Assembly: GCA_047495785.1 (NCBI GenBank) | Contig: JBLDXI010000021.1 | Span: forward strand, 620,001-684,000 | Source: Lepidodermella squamata | Taxonomy: Eukaryota > Animalia > Gastrotricha | Direction: 5' to 3' | DNA: 64,000 bases | Shown here: one piece after another, positions 37,830 to 49,000 of the stretch | Position numbering within the stretch: the stretch's first letter is position 1 | Layout of the letters: every line of letters begins with the position of its first letter | Translations under genes and position numbers: made by a program | Notes under the pieces: generated by a model | The model's input: the letters and a program-made list of their open reading frames with translations, nothing else | What the model was told of the DNA's origin: nothing | The model's database searches: none

Positions 37830-38105
37830 AATGGAAAGTTAACTTTGCGGCCTTAATTTCCTGATCTGTCGCCTTAATTAAAACTAACTTTAAGTTCAGC
37901 ACCAATAAAATAATAAAAGGGCTTATGATTGGCTTCATCAACGGGCACAATAACAATATATATATTCTCTTTTGTATGTAAATGAAAGAGTTTATTTCTG
38001 CTTCAAATTAGTCCACAAGTGAAGAGGCAAAATCACGATATACCTACACATAATATTATGCATCATGAGATTTTTAGAAATTATCGATGCAAAACAACAA
38101 TGATT

Positions 38106-39613
38106 TTATGTTGAGCTGGCTTCATTTTCGGCAGGGCCTGCTATATTGCTAGAATCGCCAAAAACTTGTAAAAATATTTGATCTGCTGTAGCCAGTTGCG
38201 GATTCACTTTTCCGAAGTTAGCGACGTTGGCTGTAATGAAAGCCGATATTTCCTCCACAACTCGACAAGCTCTAACGAACCGAGATAGCGCGAAGTCCGC
38301 GTAAGTTTTCGATGGCGAATGGGCGAGGAGATACATTTTAAATATCACCAATATTTGCCGCCGCATTCTCGCCACGCTTTTCGCATTTTTCACCGGAGCT
38401 TTATCGTCGAAAAATAAATAAGCGAGCAGGAATGATGCCTCAACGAACGATGGATTCCAGTCTGACATTATTTCTGAAAGCCTCATCAACGCTTTCGTTC
38501 CTTGGCCGAAGTCCGGAAAATATTGAAGGAATGGAAGCAAATAAGCATCATTTATCCCGAACATTGCCGCACCTTGAAATGAATATTAAGAAATGTTCGA
38601 AAAATAATTCCATCTAATACCTTTGTTCCCAGGCAAAGCCATGTATGTAGCCCCCATCGAAACCATACAAGCACTAAGGAGTGGAATCAAATCTTGCTCA
38701 GGAATGTCGAAAACCTCTGAAATTATTGTTGTGAAACAACACAGCAATTAGCGCAGTATTTTTTACCGAGCCAACAACTGCTGTACGAGAATCCGATTTT
38801 TCGACCGAAATTCATTTGTTCCATGACTTTACCCCAAAGAGTAATAGGGTCAGGTACTTCGATGCCAGGATACCGCATTGGCGACTGAAAAACGAGAGAA
38901 AGACGTGGTTAATATTTCAGAAATTAACGATTTTTTACTTGATCCATGAGATGCATTTCTGTTGCCGAGCGAATGATGGTCTTCAAAGCCGCCTCGAACA
39001 TTGAACCGTCGTACATCGCGGGCGGTTGTTCCATTTGAAGGATAGGACTCGTTGGCTGTTCGGAGCATTGTCTGATGGTCAACGCGACCGATTCACCATC
39101 ACAGCTACTTCCGCTATTTTCGTGTGCGTTATTATTTTCGGTATCGTTGCGGCATTTGGCACTGCCATCATCGTGGCTATCACTCTCGTCGCTGCAATGT
39201 TCAGGCTGGCCAGACGAGCCACTGCTCCGTGACGAGCGAGCAGCTGTGACTCCTCCTAGTTTTTTCGAATCACTCAACCTTATACGACCTCGCCCGCGAA
39301 TGCCCACCGAGAAGCATTTCACCAATCGGCAGTAAGAGCAGAGGCGGCGATTATTCGAATTGATGGGGCAATTTTTTAACCCCGTCGTACATTTTGTAGC
39401 TTCCAATTTCGACCGATTTCGCAGGAAAAATTTCTATTGCGTAAATTTGAGTTGTCCATGGTTAAACATAGGTGGGAGAAATAATAATTTTACCTTGCAT
39501 GCCGAGCAGAATGTAACGTTAACGTTGTCTGGTTTCGGTCCGCCGCAAATTTTGCAGACTGTTGAAATGGTTTCACTTGAAACCGGTGGACTCAACTGAT
39601 CTTCAGAGTTCAT
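38106..39613 (-). CDS. Divergent nuclear receptor A (C4 zinc-finger DBD + LBD)
   Basis: CKIC..FCSACK|KFF..C..NCPINSNNRRLCSYCRLVKCFSVG; downstream LBD-like exons. Confidence 0.85.
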
Positions 39614-41045
39614 TGCAATGAAACTAAACCTATGCATAAAAACATAAGAACTTCGATAGGTATACGGCGAGTTGAAAGCTTATGGGAAAATCGAGGTCAT
39701 TAAGACAAAGAAATGTTGAGGCACGGCTTTGAGATGACTTTCAATTATTTGCACCCAGACTGCTATTGTCCAGGAATAAAAGTGTAAGAAACCAAGGGAG
39801 TGGGTAAGCCTTGTAAGCAACGGCACCACGAAAAGCTATGAGCATACTCTTTGTATGCGAGCTATACGATGAAAAAGGCGTGTAAAAAATACTACAAATA
39901 GGTAAAAGTGTTTTAACAGCTGCACTTTAATGACTAAAAGCGCATTATCAAGTCATTGAGGCAGGTCAAACTTGCACTGAATATCGACAGTAATAATTCG
40001 GACATGTCTGGTCCAGCGCAATGAGAGGACAATATAAACGCCTATATTTTACAAATGGTAACGATATCGTCTTCCCGGCAATATAGTAAGCCAGAGGGTA
40101 ACAATTGTTGCAGCTAGATTTCGAGGTCAAAACTGAGCATAGAAAATATAAATTTTCTGCGTTGAAAGCGCACACGCTAAAAAGTGAAAGTGTAAACCCT
40201 AATTGATTGAAATCACATTAAAAAACAACAAAATACCTGCCATGATAACAATTCGACAGTCTCAAGTCCGAGCCAATTAAGAACACAACGAGATTTAATT
40301 AAAGGTCGAAGCTTATTTGTCTGCGGAAAGTGATGATACTGTCACATTATAGAAGCCATTTATTATGATAAGCTTATTAAATAGAATAACAAGCGGAGGT
40401 TTTGTGAAGTTTTGCATGTCTGGGTCTATAATTGTTCACCTCTTTGTTTTGAATAATACTATGCTGTCTGCTGTCCAATAATGACGTCCATCCTACACGT
40501 ACATGTCAATACAATTCTTGCAGCCGAAGCTATACTGTGCTGCAAAATACTCGATACAAATCGTTGATAGATGACACGCTCGCAGCTAAAATATCGATTT
40601 ATTTATCATCTCGCATGCATTGCCGTCGATAGAATAGCAGAAACGCCTTGCGTCTGTATTCATGCGAGGAATCAACACAGACGTGTCCTATACATAAAGA
40701 CAGGACAAACTGTAGGAGTCACAACCATGACCCTAAAATAGCAAGGCAGTAAATTTGTTCTTTCTTCAAGAGAGATTACTTGAAAAGAGGAAATGTTGTA
40801 ACTTTATTGTTGATATCGAATGGGACAAGACAAAAATTGGCGTTGCAAAGGGCGTGTTTTTTTTATTCTCCCCGAAATTTCGGGAAGCTCAGGCTCAATC
40901 AGCGGATGAAAGATTTTTCCATTTAACCACCAGATTCTCGGGCAATGAAGTCTTCTACACAGCTCTAAAGTTTTCATTTCAAGATGAGCTTCAGAAGTGG
41001 GCGACCCGAAATTTCGGGGTGAATAAAAAAACACACCCAAAGACT

Positions 41046-42531
41046 CTAGGTTGCTTTCGGAAAAAATTGACCCAGCTTCGAATCAGCCGCAGACACCAAA
41101 AATATTTGGCTAAATAAAGGGTTCGATTGCGTAAAGACGGGTGTTTTTTGTGTCATAGACATAATGGCTTCTTGTAGCACCATAGTCGTACGGCGCACGT
41201 GACGATAACTCGTCGTGAAATATCGCTGTAATTGTTTGACGCTGTTATTCTTAGAATTTGACGAGCAAAATAAGTTGAACGCGAGTAATAAACGGCGGCG
41301 AATGCTCCTCACGTGACAAGAATTTGAACCTGCACAGAAAAAATAAATTGGTCACGCGATCAGCCAAAATTTAGGTCAAGTTGTTACCATTGAAAAAAAC
41401 AAAGGATAAAAAGAGAGCTGCTTCGATAAGTGATAAATCCCATTCAGCAAACAGCCTCCCTAAATGCTTGCACATTTCGTAGGCTTTGTCGAATTCCGGG
41501 TAAATTTGAATGATTGCCGGCATTAATGAGTCGCTGATTCCGAAGCAAGGAGCCCCAGCGTTACCGGGAATGGCGAAAAATATTGCGCTCATGACGTGGA
41601 CAAACGAGCAGGTCAAGATATCCGACTGCGCGTCACTCAAATTTTCAAATTCTAATTTATAAGAAGAGTCCAAATAATAGTTGAATTTCAAACAATAATT
41701 TTACTTGAACTTCACCTCCTAAAAACCTGCCGTAAGAAAACCCAACACGAACCCCACCACGAAGGTGATTGAAAGCTGCACTCCAAAAAGAGTTGTAGTC
41801 GCTGTTAAGGTTGCTTAGCGTTTTCAGCTCAAGCTAAGGAAAAGTCTCAAAAGATACAATTTCATAAATCAATTTAGCTTACGAATTCGAGGCCATGAAG
41901 ATGGGTGAAAGCTCTTATAGAATTCCGTAACAAATTTTCAACATGGAACCCATCGTATAGTATGGGATCGACCACAAGTGGCAGGATTGCCAGATTTTTG
42001 TCTCCACACTTCTCGGCGGAGCCCAGATCTGGCGAAAATTTCGGTCGCTTTGGGTCATTTTCCTCTACGTCAGACGGCAGCGACGAATCTTCTTCAGAAT
42101 CTATTTCACTTCCATGATTTTCGGAATTCGTTTCATCTCGCACTGCGCGTTTCTTATCGAGCCGAGCTATATTAAAAAAAAAATGCTGAATTTTATAGGC
42201 TCACCTGTCGAATATTTTAACACATACGCTTCATTCCGACTTCTATGCATTTATTGTAGCGACATCGCGCGCAAGAACGGCGATTTTTCCAATTTATTTC
42301 ACATTTTAGACCGCCATCGGAGCAGGTCATTTTATCAGCGTTTCTCCGTCGGCAGTTTCGAGTGAAAAATTTCTTACACGCATCACACACTCTGGCATGA
42401 TAATCTTTTCGCTTTGGGACAACAACTTCGCATACCTTGATAAGAAAAATAGTGAGAAACAGTGTGAATTTGATTCAATTATATACCTTGCAATGTATTT
42501 CCAAATCTACGTGTCGTTTTGGTGGAGACAT
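41046..42531 (-). CDS. Divergent nuclear receptor B
   Basis: Spliced DBD HCK|VCEV..VCDACKKFFTRNC..CEINWKNRRSCARCRYNKCIEVGM; LBD exons paralogous to A and C (LSDAQSDIL, LSLIEAALF). Confidence 0.85.
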
Positions 42532-43019
42532 CGTGAGAATCAAAATCTATTATCGATAGAGGCCGCTATAGACATTTGATATATGCAGAATTGTACGAAG
42601 CAAGCCAATAAGCTTATACATAGGTATCGATTTTCCTTGCTGTTGAATTACGGGAGAGCAGGTCTCAAGTCTCAACTGACACTACACGTGTATAAGGCAT
42701 CTAATTGGGCAAATAAATGTCACACATTAAGAATATTTCGCTTTTTAATTTTGTCCCGGATTTCGCCACGCGGGTACCTAACGATTTTCAATAAAGCAAT
42801 AGGTTGAAGTCCAACTCAGGTCGGTGCTTGTCGGGGATGACATTTAAATCAAAATAATTATTTCGGTGAAATTGATTTTGACAGTTACACTGTTTCGTTT
42901 ATTATTATTCATGTCACATTTCACCCTTAATAGAAGAGACACATTGGAACGCGGAAAAATACTACAACTTAATCTGAGACTATCTAACTAGCATCATCAG
43001 AAATAATAGGGGAGTTATG

Positions 43020-44586
43020 TTAGGCTATAACCTTCGGCGCGGGTTTTGGTATCATGTCGCCTATTCTCGTTTGGCCAGGTTGTACCAAAAGAACTGCAGA
43101 AAATAGCCCATTCGACGTAACCATAGGTCCGAGAGCGCTAGCCATCACGCCGATGCCACGACGAAGGAGAGCGATACTATTTTTAAGACTTATGAACGCT
43201 CGCTTGAAGTAAATTTGGGCCTCTAAGGTTCGCTCAGCTCCATAAGATTGAGACAAATACAGGTTGAACATGAGCAAAAGTCGACGCCGGATCTGGTTCA
43301 CTCGTTCGTTTTGAACCTCGCCAACTTCAAACATTTTCAAATTTTGAACTCAACAAAAATGAAATTGAGAATGAAGACTTACGTCGAAACAGGGCGAATG
43401 CAACGAAAATCGAATATTCCGGAAAAGTAGGATCCCATTCTGACATGATGTCGCCAAACTCGCGCATTGCTTTATCGGCGTCCTGAAATTAAAACTTGAA
43501 CTGGATTGAAATAATATTCATAAACTTGGGACTCACGATAAATCCGGGGAAGAATGTAAAAAAGTGAGGCAGATGCTTGTCATTGACACCGATAAAGGTC
43601 GATCCTTTATTAGCCGGTAGCGAGTTGTAGATGATGCTCATAGCTGGGAGAAATCCGGCGATCAAAACGTTGAGATCGCGATCTGGTAAATTCTCGGGTT
43701 CAGCAATTTTACGGCCGTACGTGAAGCCGATGTTCACACCTTCGAAAAGTTGGCGAAGAGCAAGCTGCCACATTGTCATTAGGTCGGTTATTGGGCCATG
43801 ATAAGGCCGCAGAGGCATCTTGACAAATTTCGAGTTTTTCTCATCGAAATTTAAAGAAAATTGTTCACTTACGTGTTCAAGCTCGTGCAATTCGACCACG
43901 TTTTGAGCGGCTAATCGAAGGGTACTTTCAGCCAAAGCTCCGTCGAACAACACCGGATCTGAAACTAAGGGTACGTAGCAATTCGATGTTGAAGGTTCCA
44001 GCGATCTCGTCGAAACCACCAAGCTTTGCTGACTGTTTGGCAATTCAGCTTCATAGCAGCGTGATACTTGGTGGTTGTTGGGAATTGCTATCCCAACATT
44101 AGGACGATTGAAATTATTAGATGAGGCTTGAAGGCCAATGGACGAATTCCCAGATCCACTGGTGTGAGAAGATCTGTTGGACGATTGACCGGGATTCGCG
44201 GGAATATGCTGCTCTTCCTCGGAATTTTCTGAACCTCCATCGCTATCATCCTCAGCGGGTTTAACGCCGTTCGTCCACAAGCGGCATCGCATGCCAACAG
44301 CTAAGCATTTGTTGTAGCGGCAACTGGTGCAGAACCTGCGATTTCGCCCATCAATCACGCAATCATTTGTACCAGTTTGGCACGTGAGATTCGGCTCCGA
44401 GCGTTTGCAGGTTCGAGTGAAAAATTTCTGAAATAATAAATAGGTAAGGCCGATTTTTTTGTTAAATGGCAAATTTACCTTGCAAGCTTCGCAAACATTC
44501 GGGTTGTATTTCTTCTTTTTCGGAACAAAACTTCCGCAAACCTTGCAATAAATCGCTGCTGGCGCTGACATGAATATTATATCCAA
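43020..44586 (-). CDS. Divergent nuclear receptor C
   Basis: CKVCG..VCEACK|KFFTRTC..DCVIDGRNRRFCTSCRYNKCLAVGM; LBD with LPDRDLNVLI. Confidence 0.88.
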
Positions 44587-46092
44587 ATAGTAGGACTAGA
44601 TATAAAATTCGAAATCTTTCCAACTGTCCGATTAAGTCACACGAGCTATGACAAAAAAATTATTTCAAAATATGTCGAAGATGGAAAATTGAATTGAAGT
44701 TGACAAGGTATATGTCAGAAATTTTATTTTATGTCTGACAGTTTTGAACTTATTCTCCATGAAACATTGAACATTTTGAAAGTACAGTTGTTAACAGAAA
44801 TCATGCTGTAAATTGCAATTAAATGTGGCCAAAATACAGTCGAAGTTGGGGAAGAGCGTCAGTCATGAATTTTGACGGATACATAGATATATCGCATCGA
44901 ATTTTCTCGTGAAATTACATTTTATACACGAGGCTGTAATTTGACACGAAAATAAGCGATCAAAGCGCGGCAACTCCGTAGCTCTCTCCCCCTCTCATCC
45001 TAACTCACGCGCACCCATACATGGCACACAATCTGGGGCAAAAGTTCGATGTGACCTAAATCATGACACTAATATAATATCTGCGAATCATGACCTAAAT
45101 TGCCACCTTTTGTATGCTCTCCGCCATCCCAGATGTGCGGACAATTTTTTAAACAATTGAATTGGTTAACATAACAGGGACAAGTCAGAAATATGTAGCT
45201 CATTTTGGTCCGGTACAGTTTTTTGACCTGTCGCTGGACGGCGGCTAATTCAATCAATTCTTCAATCGTCTCGTTGCGATAAAAAAGGCTTGACAACGTC
45301 GGGGACGTTGCGAAAATGCCAAATTGGGGAGTTTGAAATAAACCGGGTGTAACTCGCACTAAAAAAGGGACACCGTCTCAGAAATGATTAAAAGACTTGT
45401 TTACGAGGTCGAGTGAGGTTAAAAATAGGTCGCGAAATGTGATAAACCGTGAAAGCCGTCAATCCATCCCATCTGAAGTCTGTATCAAATTTTAATGTCC
45501 GTTTTCCTTGTCCATGTGGATCATCACTGAGGAAAAATGTCAACGCATGGGCTCTAGGCTCTTCATCGATAATGAATAAAGACAGTAGTAATTGAAAAAA
45601 TGCATTGTCTCGTCCATATAGTTTCTGCGACAGATTTTTAAGGGCAATACTTTCAAGCAAATAGGTACAAATAGCTGGAAATGACGTGAACGGAAACTTT
45701 TGAATGCTTGGAAGTCATATTAGACAGTTCATCTAGTTGCGTTTTGAAGATGGCAACTAATGGAATGTGTGAAACCTCGCAGCTTATTTTCGTTTAAAAT
45801 CGATACCAGTAGACCTATCAGGTGTGACATGTGGCGTCTGAGCTTCGGATAATTAATCAACAAAATTCACGTGAAGATGAACCACGTTCGTTCTTTATTG
45901 ACATCTCAAACTCTCGAACCAATAAACTTTAGTTAACAAAAAATTGTAAATGGAAGGCTATAGGGCTATAACAAGCCTTTTGCAATATCATTTCAGGCGA
46001 TCATTTCCATAGGTTATAAATTACAATAAAAATATTTTGTACAAGATGAGACGCACATTTTTCAAAAATTAAGGCGCCTTTGAGGCGTACCC

Positions 46093-49000
46093 TCAAGTGG
46101 GTTCATCTTCAACGCTTTGCTGCTCGCTAGATGTTTCGTTCTCTAGCGAAATCGAAAGCGTATTTCCGCCACTTAGCGCATTTCTACGGATCATCAACCG
46201 CCGTCTGCGCCTCCATTTCCGCTGAATGCGCCTCGCTGCAGTATCTATAGGAAAAGATGGAAATAAATTTGAATCCTTGCAATTTCAGGTCAAAATTAAA
46301 TTACCTAATTGGCTGAGATATGCGACAACTTCGTAGCCCGGCTTTTCCTTGGACAAAATCGCCGCTAAATCCAACTCTGGCGCATCAGCCGCGTTGGAAA
46401 CACTACCGGCAACGGCATTTCTCACCAGCATTGTCACAACATCGTCGCAATGCACCGTCATATCGGTGCAAATCGGCGGGTCCAGTATGACAATCGCCCG
46501 CCAGTTCGGCATCGAAATTCGCAGCGGCGGTTCGAGACTCGCGACAAACTCGCTCAGCTTCGATATCGGAATGTACTGACTCGCCATTGGGTCGACGCGC
46601 TCCCACTTCTCGAAAAACGCGTCGAAATCGTCCTGCGTCAAGCCCTGTTGAATATCCTGCGTCGCCTCGCCGAAATTCTCCAAAATAACCGCGATATACA
46701 TGTTTATCACGATCATGAAAGAAATGATGATGTAGGAAACGAGGTAGAGAATAGCTATGATCGAGTTGCTGCAGTCACCCGTTGGCGCTGGGCCTGTCGC
46801 GGTCGAATTGCTATGGGGCGCAAATCCTGTCGCGGTCGAATTGCAATGGGGCGCAAATTCTGTCGCGGTCGAATTGCTATGGGGCGCAAATTCTGACTGA
46901 GTCGAATTGCAATGTGGCGAGTCGTTGAGTAGGGCTAACAAAACGCCATCCCAACCGGCCGAAGTCGCGAGTTGGAACAGTATCAGCACGCTATTTATGA
47001 ATGTTTGGAAATTGAACTGTTCTGACAGGCCGTCCTGAAGTTCGACATTCATGAAAAAGGACATGCCGAAACAGGCATAGATGAAAATAACGAGCAGTAG
47101 TAGCAGTCCGATGTTGAACAAAGCTGGCAAGGAAACGGCTAGGGAAAATAGCAGGGTTCGAATTCCTTTCGCCGATTTTACAAGGCGGAGAACTCGGCCA
47201 ACTCGGAAAACTCGGACGACTCTCAGAATAGTCGGCGAGACCGGGAAGTCGGCCATATAATCAGCGAGAGCAGACGCTAAAAAAATAAAGTGGATATTTA
47301 TTCATCTAAATTAGCCTAAATCCTTACCAATGATGGATAAAACAACGACTACGCAATCGAAAATATTCCAAGGTTGAGTAAAATAGTAATGGCGGAATGC
47401 AATAAGCTTGAGTACGAATTCGGCTGAAAAAAAAATTAAATTAAAAAATTCGTAAAATTTGAAATTCGAATTACTTGTGAAAATAGCGATGAAGAACATG
47501 TTCATGTAGCCCAAAACAGTCGAAAAAGCATCCGGCTGGTCGTGATGCTCGAGGCACATTTGCAGCATGTTTAGCAAAATTATGACCATGATGAAAATAT
47601 CGAATCGTTGGTCCGTGACGAGTTGAAACAATTTGGCATGAAGCCAAAACTAGATTGCAAAAAAAAATATTACGCACAATATTTTCATATTTTCATATAA
47701 TTCTACCTTAGGTTTCGGAATAGGTTTTTGGGGACTTTTGTTTTTCAGCTTTTTCATCGCATTGTAGTACTTTTTCTGTTCATCTGTCATGAACATTTCT
47801 ATTGAACCTCCACTCTGAACGAAAAAGTGAATGAAAGATTTGAATTCGATCAAAGTGGAAAAAAAACGTACCCTCTTCTTTTGTTTATTGAAATTTTCGA
47901 TAATAACACCGATGAACAAATTGAGCGTGAAAAAGCTGCCGAATATGATGAAGAGAACGAAATAGAAGTAGAAGTAGACCGATGCCTCGCGATATGGTTG
48001 CTGATCGACTTCGACCGCATCAACTGCATCCGCTATTATCTCAATCCAACCGCTGAATGTCGCCTTAAAAAAATCAAATAAATTCATTTAAAATTGTGCG
48101 GAACCCAATTTTTTAAACTTGATTTCCAAGCACAGAAAGTAAATTCAAAAATTTAAATTTTGATTCCGCTAATTTTTTTGGCCAATATCGGGTCCCCCAC
48201 AGAGCAGCAGGCTTCAAAGCAGGATAAACTCAAAAAGCGGTGCAAACGCCACGCAACAATAAATCGAATTAATAACGATAAAATTCTGCGTAATTTTCTG
48301 AATGTGGACCCATCATATCTTTAAGAGCCCCGCTTATGAATTTTGAAAAATTTTCGAAAAACGACTTTTTCGACCAAACTGAGGTCTGAGCTACATTACG
48401 GAGTTTCCATGACTTATGCTCCTCAATTTTTGGTATGAAAAGCTAGAATGGCTGACCATCATGTTAGTCCATTGGTTGAAAATCAGAGGCTAAGCCTGAG
48501 CGCCTGCTGGGAGGACTGTATAGAGCGTTTACCCTGCTTTGAAGCCTGCTGCTCTGTGGGGGACCCCCAATATCGGAAAATTGAAAATAAAATTAGGCGA
48601 GAAAGCAAAGCGTAAGAAATTATGAAAGCGCATTTTTTCATTATTTCAAAGAAACATTAGAAGCTCACAAAACGATTGGGGAGGGTTGAGATTTCAATGT
48701 GGTTAGATAGCCATGCAAAAGCAGATGAGGGTTCGCGGTTTCACAGTCAATAGCAGCCAGTTTTTCGCCATCTCGACTGACCACTTGAAACAGCGCTAGA
48801 TAAGCGCGTCCGACGTTGTCGAAATTGATCTTCGAATTGGTCCAGTGGAAATTCTTCGCCTGGCACTCTGTTTTATTCGGCGCGATATCAGGCGACAGCC
48901 GATTGCCGTTATCGTCCAAGCATTTGTAAAACTTGCCGGCGAACAGTTGCACGCCCATGATGCTGAAAATGAGCCAGAATACAACGCAGACAAGAAATAC

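Noticed and set aside
45065-45365. Possible Helitron-like non-autonomous element downstream of the channel
   Set aside because: Single copy in the window and no convincing termini or hairpin
48052-48054. RNA editing restoring DEKA
   Set aside because: A-to-I editing of AGC gives Gly, not Lys; two other changes would be needed
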